Assembly (NCBI GenBank): GCA_965238225.1
Contig: OZ250183.1
Coordinates: forward strand, 1,344,001-1,408,000
Length of the DNA: 64,000 nt
Direction: 5' to 3'
Source of the DNA: Gammaproteobacteria bacterium
Lineage (GTDB): Bacteria > Pseudomonadota > Gammaproteobacteria > Eutrophobiales > Eutrophobiaceae
Notes under the pieces: model-generated
What the model was told of the DNA's origin: nothing
Database searches by the model: none
What the model saw: the letters and a program-made list of their open reading frames with translations, nothing else
Shown: positions 1 through 11,262 of the stretch, in pieces
How positions within the stretch are numbered: the first letter of the stretch is position 1
Layout: each line of letters opens with the position of its first letter
Position numbers and translations under genes: made by a program

Positions 1-432
1 AAGCAAGTCTTCTCCTGTATCAAGATAATCATAGATTTGATTTACAATAACTTCACTGTCTGTATCGGAAGTGAATTTATAGCCCAGTTTCGCCTGTTGC
101 TCTCTAAGTTTTTCGTGATTCTCTATAATGCCATTGTGGACTAAAGCAAGCTGATCACGACAAATATGAGGATGGGCATTCTCGATCGTGGGTTTCCCAT
201 GCGTTGCCCAGCGTGTATGAGCAATCCCTGTTTTCCCTGATAGTTGTCCGCCCCCTAAAGCTCGCTCAAGTTCCTCAATCTTCCCAACCACCCGAATTCT
301 TTCAAGCAAGTTATCGCTATTAAGTACGGCGATCCCAGCGGAATCATAACCCCTGTATTCCAAACGTCTTAGGCCTTCAAACAAAATAGGTGTTACATCC
401 CTTTGTGCAACTGCGCCAACTATGCCACACAT
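1..432 (-). CDS. glmS: Glutamine--fructose-6-phosphate aminotransferase, 5' part (runs off left edge)
   Basis: Hand translation from ATG at 432 gives MCGIVGAVAQRDVTPILFEGLRRLEYRGYDSAG...GIAHTRWATHG. Not in the ORF track because it is truncated. Confidence 0.95.
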   Translation of the reverse strand, partial: MCGIVGAVAQRDVTPILFEGLRRLEYRGYDSAGIAVLNSDNLLERIRVVGKIEELERALGGGQLSGKTGIAHTRWATHGKPTIENAHPHICRDQLALVHNGIIENHEKLREQQAKLGYKFTSDTDSEVIVNQIYDYLDTGEDLL

Positions 433-717
433 ATCATCGTCTCAAATCTATTAATACGCTCAAAAATCATTTGCGTCCGTTACCAATAACATCTTTCACA
501 ATCATATGCTCTCGATTTTTCTCGAAGTACCATTGTATTATTTGGTGAAAGTTTTGTAACCTAAAGATCGCAAACTTGCTGCCGCACGAGGATGTCCTTC
601 GACTATATGCAGCATAAAGCCATAGATATGCCTGTTCAAAATCTCTTGGCAGATTTCCTAAATTTAAAAAATTTTCTAGCCAAGAGTAATGACGGCGAAA
701 AACAAGAGCAACTTACC

Positions 718-794
<77 letters not shown>

Positions 795-889
795 ATGTGC
801 AAAGTAAATTCTCAAAAATGGCAATCTCTCGAAAAGAATATGGATTGAGAGATTGGAAACGAACTGTTAGCCGTAAGATATTTTTTAAA

Positions 890-1246
890 CTATCTTCTCA
901 GAATATCCAATACTTCTTCCAATTCAATACGAAGCTGTCTTACGATCTGCCGGCTTTGATTAGAATCGTCTTTGGCAACATCACCAGACAAGCGCTGGCG
1001 CGCACCGCCAATCGTAAAACCTTGCTCATATAACAGACTTCTTATTTGCCTGATTAGGATAACATCATGTCTTTGATAGTAACGTCTATTACCACGTCTT
1101 TTCAGAGGCTTCAACTGAGGAAATTCTTGCTCCCAATACCTCAGCACATGCGATTTTACCATGCACAGATCACTCACCTCACCAATGGTAAAATAACGTT
1201 TACCTGGGATTGCAGGTAATTCTTTATTGCTTGATGCTTCCAGCAT
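890..1246 (-). CDS. MerR-family HTH transcriptional regulator
   Basis: [11 protein letters not shown]...VLRYWEQEF...RRYY motif; usual position downstream of ihfA. Confidence 0.9.
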   Translation of the reverse strand: MLEASSNKELPAIPGKRYFTIGEVSDLCMVKSHVLRYWEQEFPQLKPLKRRGNRRYYQRHDVILIRQIRSLLYEQGFTIGGARQRLSGDVAKDDSNQSRQIVRQLRIELEEVLDILRR

Positions 1247-1526
1247 ATGCCTCTACCCGTGATTTAAGTTTTTGTCCCGGACGAAACGTAACCACGCGTC
1301 GCGCACTGATAAGACTTTCTTCCCCCGTTTTTGGGTTCCGCCCTGGACGTTGATTTTTTTGCCGTAAATCAAAATTGCCGAACCCGGCAAGCTTGACTTG
1401 ACTGCCTGATTCAAGCGCGCTACGAACTTCTTCAAAAAACAATTCAACCAACTCCTTGGCTTCTCTCTTATTCAAACCAAGTTCATTATACAAACGTTCC
1501 GCCATTTCTGCTTTTGTCAGTGCCAT
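1224..1526 (-). CDS. ihfA: Integration host factor alpha subunit
   Basis: [10 protein letters not shown]...[21 protein letters not shown]; follows pheT. Confidence 0.97.
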   Translation of the reverse strand: MALTKAEMAERLYNELGLNKREAKELVELFFEEVRSALESGSQVKLAGFGNFDLRQKNQRPGRNPKTGEESLISARRVVTFRPGQKLKSRVEAYAGSIKQ

Positions 1527-1529
1527 TTT

Positions 1530-3905
1530 TTATTCTCTGAGTGATGCTCCAAATTCCTTACAGAGGTTTTCCAAAATACTCCCTGCCGCTGACTCTACTT
1601 CATCGTCCCTGAGAGTGCTAGAAATTTTCTGAAAGGTCAAGCCTAAAGCAAGACTTTTTTTTCCTAAATCAATGGCTTCCCCGCGATATACATCAAATAA
1701 CTCTAGGTTGTATAACACGTCTGGTGCGGTTTTTTCTATTAAATTCATAATTTCTGCGACAGAAATCTCTTCTGCAACCGTTATTGAGAGGTCGCGCTGA
1801 ATTGATGGAAATTTCGATATTTTCTTATAAATAGGCATTATCTTCCTCGAAATGTGCTTAACTTCTAATTCAAATAGAAAAATTTCTTTTGTCAGTCCTA
1901 AGGTTCTCTGTGCTGATGGGTGTAAGGCACCAATAATCCCAACTTCTTGATTATTATATATAATTTTGCTTGATTTTCCTAGGTGCAATGCTGCATGTTG
2001 CGCAGGCACAAAATCAACCTTGATTTTGTAGGTATTGAGCCCAAAAAGTGCTTCAATATCTTTCTTTAAATCAAATAAATCACTCGATCTATCATCTATA
2101 TCCCACTGATTATTATAAATATTTCCTGTAATAACTCCTGCAATCGCGAGTGTTTGAGATAGTTTATCGTGGTTCTTAAAGATTAAACCGGTTTCAAACA
2201 ATCTAATCCTTGCTTGCTGTCTTTTTTGGTTATAGAGCAATGCACCTATTAGCCCTGCCCATAGACTGGTTCTCATGACCGACAATTCAGAAGCGATCGG
2301 ATTAGCCAGCGCCAGCGCCTTAACCTCAGGATTTAGAATTTCCAGTATTTTAGTATCCACGAAGCTGTAGGTAATGACCTCTTGATAATCTCTGTCCACT
2401 AATAATTGACGCATTTTCTTGATGTGAACTTGTAATTCATTCTCTTTATGAAGCTGCAAATGCGCCAAAGGCAATTGTGCCTTTATATTGTCATAACCAT
2501 ATATGCGGGCGATTTCTTCTATCAGGTCTGCCTCTATTTTGATATCGAACCGAAATGATGGCACCGTCACTAACCAACCTTCATCAATAACTATCGTTTG
2601 CATACCCAAACGGGAAAATATGCCAAGAATATCTTCATCAGCGAGACTAATGCCAAGCAAGCGATCGGTCTGACCACGCCTTAAACTGACCTGCTTTAAT
2701 TCTGGTAAATCATCAACTGATAGCTTTTCTACAATCAGACCTGGCTTACCACCACAAATTTCTACAATTAACTGGCTTGCCCTGTCGATAGCCTGTTTTT
2801 GAATCTGAAAGTCAACACCGCGTTCGAAACGGTGAGATGAATCTGTGTGTAATCCGTATTTTCTTGCCTTACCCATTATTGCCTGAGGATTAAAAAAGGC
2901 ACTTTCCAGAAAAACATCACTTGTCTTTACAGTCGCCGCACTTGCCTGCCCTCCCATGATTCCTGCCATAGCAAGAACCCCGTTATTATCAGCAATAACC
3001 AATGTATCTGTAGATAAAGCACATTCCGTTCCATCGAGCAACTCAAGTGTTTCATGTGAATTTGCATACCTAACACACAAGCTGCCCTGTAATTTACCAT
3101 TATCAAAAACATGTAAAGGCTGGCCAAGCTCAAGCATGACGAAATTGCTTATGTCTACAACAGGGTTAACACTCCTGAGACCACAGCAACGTAATTTTTC
3201 TATAAGCCAAAGCGGTGTCGGCTTTGAAACATCAATATTTTCGATGATTTGCCCAATATATCTTGGACATAGGGCTGGCTCATTTATAATGACTTCCCTG
3301 CTTTTTTGGCTCGTTTGTTTGACAATCTCTACATATTGAAGTTTAAGTTCATCGCTATTTATTGCAGCCCATTCTCGTGCAATACCGGAAACACTCAGAC
3401 AATCACCTCTATTGGGTGTCAATGCTAGCTCTATTATTTGATCATCCAGTGATAAGGCATCCCTTAAGTCTTTACCCAAAACAAAATCATCTGGCAATTC
3501 CATCAGGTCATTAGATTCTTTGCCTAAACCCAATTCCTGTGCCGAACACAGCATACCTTCAGATACAACCCCTCTTAACTTGCTGGCTTTAATTGCAATA
3601 CTTCCTGGCAATACAGCGCCAACCGTTGCCAAGGCAACATGAAGTCCAGCACGCACATTATTGGCACCACAAACAATCTTCAGGCTTTTACCTGTTCCTA
3701 TAGAGACCTCACATACCTTTAATTTGTTCGCGTCAGAGTGCTGTTCTACTGCCTCTACTCTGGCTGTAATAACACCTGAAAATTCTGGAGCAGCAGAAAC
3801 AATGCCTTCAACTTCTAAACCCGCCATTGTTAATTTCTCGCCTAACTCTTGAGTATCACAGCTAACATCTACCCACTCACGCAACCATTGTTCACTTATA
3901 TTCAT
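1530..3905 (-). CDS. pheT: Phenylalanine--tRNA ligase beta subunit
   Basis: 791 aa; LTPNRGDCLS, RFERGVD, DLIEEIARIYGYDNI, SKFPSIQRDLS. Confidence 0.98.
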   Translation of the reverse strand: MNISEQWLREWVDVSCDTQELGEKLTMAGLEVEGIVSAAPEFSGVITARVEAVEQHSDANKLKVCEVSIGTGKSLKIVCGANNVRAGLHVALATVGAVLPGSIAIKASKLRGVVSEGMLCSAQELGLGKESNDLMELPDDFVLGKDLRDALSLDDQIIELALTPNRGDCLSVSGIAREWAAINSDELKLQYVEIVKQTSQKSREVIINEPALCPRYIGQIIENIDVSKPTPLWLIEKLRCCGLRSVNPVVDISNFVMLELGQPLHVFDNGKLQGSLCVRYANSHETLELLDGTECALSTDTLVIADNNGVLAMAGIMGGQASAATVKTSDVFLESAFFNPQAIMGKARKYGLHTDSSHRFERGVDFQIQKQAIDRASQLIVEICGGKPGLIVEKLSVDDLPELKQVSLRRGQTDRLLGISLADEDILGIFSRLGMQTIVIDEGWLVTVPSFRFDIKIEADLIEEIARIYGYDNIKAQLPLAHLQLHKENELQVHIKKMRQLLVDRDYQEVITYSFVDTKILEILNPEVKALALANPIASELSVMRTSLWAGLIGALLYNQKRQQARIRLFETGLIFKNHDKLSQTLAIAGVITGNIYNNQWDIDDRSSDLFDLKKDIEALFGLNTYKIKVDFVPAQHAALHLGKSSKIIYNNQEVGIIGALHPSAQRTLGLTKEIFLFELEVKHISRKIMPIYKKISKFPSIQRDLSITVAEEISVAEIMNLIEKTAPDVLYNLELFDVYRGEAIDLGKKSLALGLTFQKISSTLRDDEVESAAGSILENLCKEFGASLRE

Positions 3906-3919
3906 GATATGAAATTATT

Positions 3920-4903
<984 letters not shown>

Positions 4904-4992
4904 TTAACCAGAATTCGTTAACTATCATTTTAATTTTACACATCACTCTTATCCTGTATTCAGGAAACTGAACGCATATATATACTGCACAT

Positions 4993-5019
4993 AAAAAAGG
5001 GGAAAGCTAACTTTCCCCT
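4993..5019 (-). terminator. Intrinsic terminator after rplT
   Basis: Stem AGGGGAAAG/CTTTCCCCT with 4-nt loop, followed by a T-run on the minus strand. Confidence 0.75.
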
Positions 5020-5043
5020 ATAAACAGATTTAATTTCATAGCG

Positions 5044-5403
5044 CTAAGCCGTGAAACTAGATTTTGCTATATTTGCAAGCTCTGAAAATGCTGTTTTATC
5101 AGCAACAGCTAACTCTGCAAGGATTTTACGATCAACATCAATATTAGATTTATTTAGCCCATCGATTAAGCGACTATATGACAAACCATTTTCGCGCGCA
5201 GCGGCATTGATTCTGGTTATCCACAAACTTCTAAAAACACGTTTCTTCGCGCGACGATCCCGATAAGCATATTGCCTAGCTTTTGTGACTGCTTGCTTGG
5301 CAACACGATAAACATTTTTACGACGTCCTCGATAGCCCTTAGCTTGCTCTAAAACTTTCTTATGTCTGGCATGGGCGGTAACACCGCGTTTTACTCTTGG
5401 CAT
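5044..5403 (-). CDS. rplT: 50S ribosomal protein L20
   Basis: [16 protein letters not shown]...AYRDRR...[10 protein letters not shown]. Confidence 0.98.
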   Translation of the reverse strand: MPRVKRGVTAHARHKKVLEQAKGYRGRRKNVYRVAKQAVTKARQYAYRDRRAKKRVFRSLWITRINAAARENGLSYSRLIDGLNKSNIDVDRKILAELAVADKTAFSELANIAKSSFTA

Positions 5404-5414
5404 TTCAGTGCTCC

Positions 5415-5612
5415 CTAACTATACGGTAACAAACGCGCAACCGATTTTTGGTCATTATCATGAATAGCAATAGTGCTACGCAATTGACGTTTGCGCTTGG
5501 TGCTTTTACTGGTCAGGATGTGATTCCTGAATGATTGGCGATGCTTAAATTTTCCTGAAGCACTCTTTGAGAAACGCTTCGCTGCACCACGGTTTGTTTT
5601 CATTTTCGGCAT
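5415..5612 (-). CDS. rpmI: 50S ribosomal protein L35
   Basis: [14 protein letters not shown]...HILT; between infC and rplT. Confidence 0.97.
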   Translation of the reverse strand: MPKMKTNRGAAKRFSKSASGKFKHRQSFRNHILTSKSTKRKRQLRSTIAIHDNDQKSVARLLPYS

Positions 5613-5647
5613 TTGTGACTACTTTTTTATAACTGCTTTGTTAATTT

Positions 5648-5850
5648 TCACCAACTTGTATGTCTTACGCAAGTTCTTGCATGCTACCCATCTCTAAGGC
5701 AATTCTGATACGGTGACATGATAAAATATAGCCCAATAATAATAATTACTGCGACAATTATAGTAACAACAGGTGGTTTTAATAAATTTTCTATTAATAT
5801 TTTTCTACTTCATCTTTTTTCTCAGGTTCGTCCGTCATTTTTGCTTCCAT
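5648..5850 (-). pseudogene. Decayed small single-TM, two-cysteine protein gene between infC and rpmI
   Basis: Reads MEAKMTDEPEKKDEVEK / frameshift / ILIENLLKPPVVTIIVAVIIIGLYFIMSPYQNCLRDG*HARTCVRHTSW*; a G-rich RBS-like run lies upstream. Confidence 0.55.
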
Positions 5851-5897
5851 CGTTTTCACCCCCCCCATTAATTTTTTATTACCATATCAATAATACT

Positions 5898-6419
5898 TTA
5901 AGCTAATTTTTTTGGCTCCATGACCATAACCATCTGCCGACCCTCCATCTTCGGGAATTGTTCTATATTCCCAAACTTGCCAAGGTCTGCTTCAATTCTC
6001 TGCAACATCTTGGTTCCTAATTCCTGATGAACCATTTCACGTCCTCGAAATCTCAGCGTAATTTTTACTTTATCACCCTGATTTAAGAACTTAATTAAAT
6101 TACGCAATTTAATTTGATAGTCGCTCTCTTCTGTCCCTGGGCGAATCTTGATTTCCTTCACCTGAATCTGTTTTTGTTTCTTCTTGGCAACGTGCCTTTT
6201 CTTGGTCTGTTCAAAAACGAACTTGCCGTAATCCATGATTCGGCAAACTGGAGGTTCCGCAGTTGGAACAATTTCAACTAAATCCAGTTCAAATCCATCT
6301 GCCATAGCTAAAGCATCTTTTAGAGTTGTTAAACCCACTTGTTCTCCATCCTTATCAATAAGTCTTATTTCTGGAGATGTTATCTCTCCATTTAGACGCG
6401 TCTTTTTATTTACAGCGAT
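5898..6419 (-). CDS. infC: Translation initiation factor IF-3 with non-canonical ATC start
   Basis: [12 protein letters not shown] and [12 protein letters not shown] motifs. The frame stays open upstream of the track start (6338) to ATC at 6419, 8 nt after a GGAGG Shine-Dalgarno. Confidence 0.95.
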   Translation of the reverse strand: MAVNKKTRLNGEITSPEIRLIDKDGEQVGLTTLKDALAMADGFELDLVEIVPTAEPPVCRIMDYGKFVFEQTKKRHVAKKKQKQIQVKEIKIRPGTEESDYQIKLRNLIKFLNQGDKVKITLRFRGREMVHQELGTKMLQRIEADLGKFGNIEQFPKMEGRQMVMVMEPKKLA

Positions 6420-6441
6420 TTGTTATTCCTCCGAATTAAAA

Positions 6442-8364
6442 TTACCCACAATTAGAGCGACCCAAACACGCGATATCACTTTCAAGGTGCTGAACAAAGG
6501 CATCAATTGACATACTGCCCAAGTCTTCGCCATTACGCGTGCGTACGGTCACTGTTTTATTTTCAACTTCACGAGCCCCTATCACCAACTGATATGGAAC
6601 GCGTTGAATTGCATGCTCGCGGATTTTAAGCCCGATCCTCTCATTTCTCAAGTCAAGATCGATTCTGAATCCTTGTTTTTTCAAGCTTTCTGCTATTTCA
6701 GATGCAAATTTGGTCTGATTCTCAGTGAGACTAATCACAGCAGCCTGTATTGGCGCTAACCAAGCTGGAAAATTACCTGCGTAATGTTCAATCAAAATCC
6801 CAATAAATCGCTCCATTGAGCCTAAAATCGCTCGATGGATCATGATGGGCACCTGTTTTGCGCCATCTTCACCAATATAACTCGCATCTAAGCTACCGGG
6901 CATAGAAAAATCTACCTGTATAGTGCCACACTGCCAAGTTCTACCAATACTGTCTTGCAGGACAAATTCAATTTTTGGTCCGTAAAAAGCACCTTCGCCC
7001 GGCTGTAGCTTCCAATCTAGTTTTTTACCATCAACGGCAATTTTCAGAGCCTCTTCTCCGCGATCCCATTGCACATCTGATCCGACACGCTGCTTTGGTC
7101 TGGTCGAAATTGCAATGGAGATATTCTCAAAACCAAAATCACGATACGTCTGAAAAGTTAGATCAATTAGCGTTGTAACTTCTTCCTGCAATTGTTCTTC
7201 GGTGCAAAAAATATGCGCATCATCTTGGGTAAATCGCCTGGCTCGCATCAATCCATGTAGCGTCCCCGACGCTTCATTACGATGCACGATACCAAACTCA
7301 GACATACGTAGCGGTAAATCCCGATAACTCTTGAGTCCTTGATTAAATATCTGGATATGAGCAGGGCAATTCATTGGCTTAATTGCATATTCACGATTCT
7401 CAGAACTGGTTGTGAACATATCATCTGAAAATTTATCCCAATGTCCTGATTTTTCCCACAGTGAACGATCAATCAATTGTGGTGTGTGAACTTCCTGATA
7501 ACCATACTGTTTCAATTTTTCTCGCACATATTGCTCAAGTAACTGATAAATTTGCCAACCCTTTTCGTGCCAAAACACCATTCCGGGCGCCTCATGCTGA
7601 AAATGAAAAAGCCCAAATTTTTTACCTAACTTACGATGATCACGTTTTTCGGCTTCTGTAAGACGGAGTAGATAGGCCTTCAGGGATTTTTTATTCTGCC
7701 ATGCTGTTCCATAAATACGTTGCAGCATTTCATTATTGGAATCACCGCGCCAATAGGCTCCTGCCAGTTTTGTCAATTTGAATGCTTTCAATTTCCCCGT
7801 ACTGGGAACATGTGGTCCCCGACAAAGATCAGTAAAATCTCCTTGTGAATAAAGAGATAAATCCTGATCTTCGGGAATTGATTCGATGATTTTAGCTTTA
7901 TATTCTTCGCCCATATCACGAAAAAATTTCACAGCGTCATTCCTTGGCAATATTCGTCTTGACACCTGCAAATCGGCTTTTGCCAATTCAATCATTTTAT
8001 CTTCAATCTTTTGCAAGTCTTCTGGTATGAATGATTCCTTGTAAGAGAAATCGTAATAGAAACCATCATCAATGACAGGGCCAATAGTGACCTGCGCATC
8101 TGGGAATAAGTGCTTCACTGCTTGTGCCATAAGATGCGCACAAGAATGGCGAATTATCTCCAACCCTTCTTCATCTCGCTCAGTGATAATTCTTAATACA
8201 GAATCATTTTCAATGATATATGAGGCATCAACCAGAACATCGCCAAGCTGGGCGCCAAGGGTTGCTTTTGCTAGACCAGAACCAATATCATGAGCCACCT
8301 GCATGACAGATACAGGATGATCGAACTTTTTTTGAGTGCCATCAGGAAGAGTGATTACGGGCAT
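6442..8364 (-). CDS. thrS: Threonine--tRNA ligase
   Basis: 640 aa; [37 protein letters not shown]. Confidence 0.98.
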   Translation of the reverse strand: MPVITLPDGTQKKFDHPVSVMQVAHDIGSGLAKATLGAQLGDVLVDASYIIENDSVLRIITERDEEGLEIIRHSCAHLMAQAVKHLFPDAQVTIGPVIDDGFYYDFSYKESFIPEDLQKIEDKMIELAKADLQVSRRILPRNDAVKFFRDMGEEYKAKIIESIPEDQDLSLYSQGDFTDLCRGPHVPSTGKLKAFKLTKLAGAYWRGDSNNEMLQRIYGTAWQNKKSLKAYLLRLTEAEKRDHRKLGKKFGLFHFQHEAPGMVFWHEKGWQIYQLLEQYVREKLKQYGYQEVHTPQLIDRSLWEKSGHWDKFSDDMFTTSSENREYAIKPMNCPAHIQIFNQGLKSYRDLPLRMSEFGIVHRNEASGTLHGLMRARRFTQDDAHIFCTEEQLQEEVTTLIDLTFQTYRDFGFENISIAISTRPKQRVGSDVQWDRGEEALKIAVDGKKLDWKLQPGEGAFYGPKIEFVLQDSIGRTWQCGTIQVDFSMPGSLDASYIGEDGAKQVPIMIHRAILGSMERFIGILIEHYAGNFPAWLAPIQAAVISLTENQTKFASEIAESLKKQGFRIDLDLRNERIGLKIREHAIQRVPYQLVIGAREVENKTVTVRTRNGEDLGSMSIDAFVQHLESDIACLGRSNCG

Positions 8365-8378
8365 GCTACCTCCTTTTC

Positions 8379-8448
8379 TTAAACAGTGGCGACCTACACA
8401 AAGAGTCGCTTAACAAAAGAGCAGTGATACTAAAAATCAAAGGCACTG
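8379..8448 (-). promoter_or_regulatory. thrS translational operator (tRNA-Thr anticodon-arm mimic hairpins)
   Basis: Minus strand GCGACTCTTTGTGTAGGTCGCCACTG lies just upstream of the AGGAGG SD and resembles E. coli thrS operator domain 2; a second CAGTG/CACTG stem lies upstream. Confidence 0.7.
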
Positions 8449-8530
8449 TATTAAAAAATACTGTATTAAAATATTTCCCCATACTAATAATTTGTACTAA
8501 TAAAATCTTAATTTGTACTAATAAAATCTT
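8445..8530. repeat. Short tandem duplications (ACTGTATTAAAA x2; AATTTGTACTAATAAAATCTT x2)
   Basis: Copies at 8445/8460 and 8489/8510. Confidence 0.85.
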
Positions 8531-8667
8531 GTGTTAATAAAATAAGATTTTATAAAGTGCCCGATCCTATAATAGAGTTTCGATACTGGCAAGTAAACTT
8601 ACAAATATATGTCGTGATGTTAGAATTTATTATCATGGACTTACTTGAGGCAGTACTTTGAGGAATT

Positions 8668-8744
8668 TGGTAGGCGCGATTGGACTCGAACCAACGACCC
8701 CCACCATGTCAAGGTGGTGCTCTAACCAGCTGAGCTACGCGCCT
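8668..8744 (-). tRNA. tRNA-Val(GAC)
   Basis: Reverse complement AGGCGCGTAGCTCAGCTGGTTAGAGCA CCACC-TTGACAT-GGTGG ...GTTCGAGTCC...CCA. Confidence 0.97.
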
Positions 8745-8846
8745 AAATAATTCAAGGTTGTATTAATGCGAGGAATATTTTAATAGCCAAACTTTATAAT
8801 TGATATATCAGGATCATACGAAGGCACAATGCGCTAAAGTTTAGCC

Positions 8847-9140
8847 TTATTCTCCCTCACTTTCTTCTTGCAATTCTGCAATATCTGTTTCAACATCTTC
8901 AAGCGCTGATTCTTTCAATCTAGAAATCTCCGCTTCAACATCTTCAAGCGCTAATTGATAACTTGCTATTTCATTTTCATTGTTCGCTAACTTTTCCTTA
9001 AAATCAGAATTTGAATCCTGTAATTCTTGTAGCTTATTTTTTGCTTCGGTCACCTCTACAATGAGATCTTCGTTCCCTGCATAACTTGCTGTCGCAAAAA
9101 ATAGTAATGAAACAAATAAAATCAATGTTAATCTTTTCAT
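8847..9140 (-). CDS. Small exported acidic coiled-coil protein
   Basis: Signal peptide MKRLTLILFVSLLFFATASYA; heptad-like acidic mature part with duplicated ALEDVE. Confidence 0.75.
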   Translation of the reverse strand: MKRLTLILFVSLLFFATASYAGNEDLIVEVTEAKNKLQELQDSNSDFKEKLANNENEIASYQLALEDVEAEISRLKESALEDVETDIAELQEESEGE

Positions 9141-9219
9141 TTTCGTAAGATTCTTTTAAATTTCTCTAAGTAGATTCATCTAAGTCTTGTCTGTGATATT
9201 TTACTACAAAATTCTGTCG

Positions 9220-9906
9220 CTAGGTACGATATCCCCTAGCGCTTTCGAACAAGTCTGTTATCCAATATATCTGTGCGCCGATAGCAGCAAATGGTAATAA
9301 TATCCATGCGACATTAAATACAGCTAAGCCCAAAACGATAATACAGAAGTCTGCACGACTGAGTTTATGAAATATAAATATGACCCAATCTAGTTTTTTT
9401 TCTGGTTTTTTTGCTTGCTTTGCCTGCTCTTCCCTGCTGATAGTTTTTAGATTTCTACTCTTTCTCGCATAGTATATTAGGTCGACAATATAATCAATCA
9501 ACGCACCTGCTGCTGCTGCTAATCCTAACCAAAACCAAAACTGCTGCCCGCTTACTTGCACTGTGCCGTAACCTAATGCAGCAAAGAAACTAGCATCCAC
9601 GATCCAGTCCACCATATCGTCCAGTTTTGCGCCAAAATCAGAAGACATGTTTTTGACCCTAGCAACTTCACCATCGCAATTATCAAATACATAACTGGCG
9701 ACCAATAATAACCCGCCAACAATCCCTGTAATCCAATCACCCTGCATAAAACAGGCAGCACAGCTTAAGCCTAATAAAAGTGATACAACAGTGATCTGAT
9801 TTGGGGTGATGGGTATTTTCAGAAGTATGGGGGTCAGTCGATAGGATAGATGTCTTATCAAAGGGAATATCTGTTCTGGCGCTTCAGGGATGCTCGTGCT
9901 GTTCAT
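9220..9906 (-). CDS. CDP-alcohol phosphatidyltransferase family protein
   Basis: ITPNQIT and signature DNCDGEVAR...GAKLDDMVD. Confidence 0.9.
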   Translation of the reverse strand: MNSTSIPEAPEQIFPLIRHLSYRLTPILLKIPITPNQITVVSLLLGLSCAACFMQGDWITGIVGGLLLVASYVFDNCDGEVARVKNMSSDFGAKLDDMVDWIVDASFFAALGYGTVQVSGQQFWFWLGLAAAAGALIDYIVDLIYYARKSRNLKTISREEQAKQAKKPEKKLDWVIFIFHKLSRADFCIIVLGLAVFNVAWILLPFAAIGAQIYWITDLFESARGYRT

Positions 9907-10250
9907 AATTCATTCAAAAAAATCTTCATTCAAAAATCTATGTTGTTAATAGTCTATTGGCTTTGTGTTTTTTATCAATCACCGAACCATATTGCTTGTT
10001 GTATTCCAAGTTCAAAACTCTCAATTTGGCTTGACCTATGCATCACCTACCGTATAACTCCGTACAGGCGTATGCTAAGGGCGTACTTTAATGAATATAA
10101 CGCGAGACATAGCAAGATTTAATTTTTTTATGTCTGCTGCATGTCTGCCGTGATTCTTGCAAAGAAAATGGCATGTTATACCTCATTTAAGTTATATTGC
10201 GTCTATCGTAATATTAGATTATTTCAAAACTAATTTCCTGACAAACATTA

Positions 10251-11222
10251 ATGCGTGTGCTTTCTATTATTGGTCTGATTTTAGGCCTGTCTATTTTTGT
10301 CCTATTGATTCTGTGGCAAGGTATTGATGATCTTTTTCACCTGTTAGCAACATCAGGCTACGAATTACTTATTTTACCTATCGTTTGGTCGCCCTGCCTT
10401 CTGGCAGCGACTGTTTCATGGTGTATGTTATTTCCGAAACAATATACGCCAAAATTTTTAACGGCACTCAAAGCGCTTTGGATTGGGCGAGCTATCAATA
10501 CATTATTGCCTGTCGCCACTATTGGTGGTGAAATTGCCAAAGCTAGGTTAATAACGCTCTGGGGAGTAAATGGTGTGAACTCTAGTGCTTCTGTGTTGGT
10601 AGATAAAACAGTACAAGCAATGGCGGTGGCTATTTGGGCCTTCGTTGGAACACTGCTACTCATCTATCTTGCTTTGGATAACGAACTGGCGATTGCAGCC
10701 ATGCTGGGCATCACTGCCTTAGCCGGAGGTTTGCTGGGATTTATCCTGATACAGCACGCAGGCATGGTCGGTTTCATGGCTAAAGTCGTTGGTAAATTTG
10801 TTAGTACTGATAGCTGGGAGACCATCACCAATAATGCCAGAGAAGTGGATGCCATTGTCCGAGATATATATAGCGATTACCATTGCATCATCATCTCAAC
10901 ACTGTGGCGTACATTTGGTCTCGTATTACAGACCTCCGAAGTCTGGCTGGCTTGCTGTTTGCTCGGTTTTCCTATCAGTATTATTGAAGCTTTGATGTTG
11001 AAAAGCCTAACAAGTACCATCAGTGATATCGCTTTCTTTATTCCAAATGCGTATGGGATTCAGGAAGGCAGTTATGTTGTGTTAGGTGCGCTGCTTGGAA
11101 TAATGCCCGATATAGCATTAGCTATATCGCTGGCAACAAGGATTCGAGAGTTTCTAATCGATATTCCTGGCTTAGTGGTCTGGCAACACTTTGAAAGTAA
11201 ACGGCTTGTGAGTAAAAAGTAA
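10251..11222 (+). CDS. hpnL: HpnL-like / lysylphosphatidylglycerol synthase TM (flippase-like) membrane protein
   Basis: Multi-TM; INTLLPVATIGGE and FFIPNAYGIQEG motifs; directly upstream of hpnIJK. Confidence 0.7.
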   Translation: MRVLSIIGLILGLSIFVLLILWQGIDDLFHLLATSGYELLILPIVWSPCLLAATVSWCMLFPKQYTPKFLTALKALWIGRAINTLLPVATIGGEIAKARLITLWGVNGVNSSASVLVDKTVQAMAVAIWAFVGTLLLIYLALDNELAIAAMLGITALAGGLLGFILIQHAGMVGFMAKVVGKFVSTDSWETITNNAREVDAIVRDIYSDYHCIIISTLWRTFGLVLQTSEVWLACCLLGFPISIIEALMLKSLTSTISDIAFFIPNAYGIQEGSYVVLGALLGIMPDIALAISLATRIREFLIDIPGLVVWQHFESKRLVSKK

Positions 11223-11262
11223 AAAAATATTAATTAATCAAAAAATATATAATGGATTTTCG

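Noticed and set aside
433-717. glmS ribozyme or JUMPstart/ops element
   Set aside because: The conserved core sequences were not found on the coding strand.
5684-5686. Pyrrolysine or amber recoding of the in-frame TAG
   Set aside because: The same reading also needs a frameshift, and TAG serves as a normal stop in many genes here, so decay is the simpler explanation.
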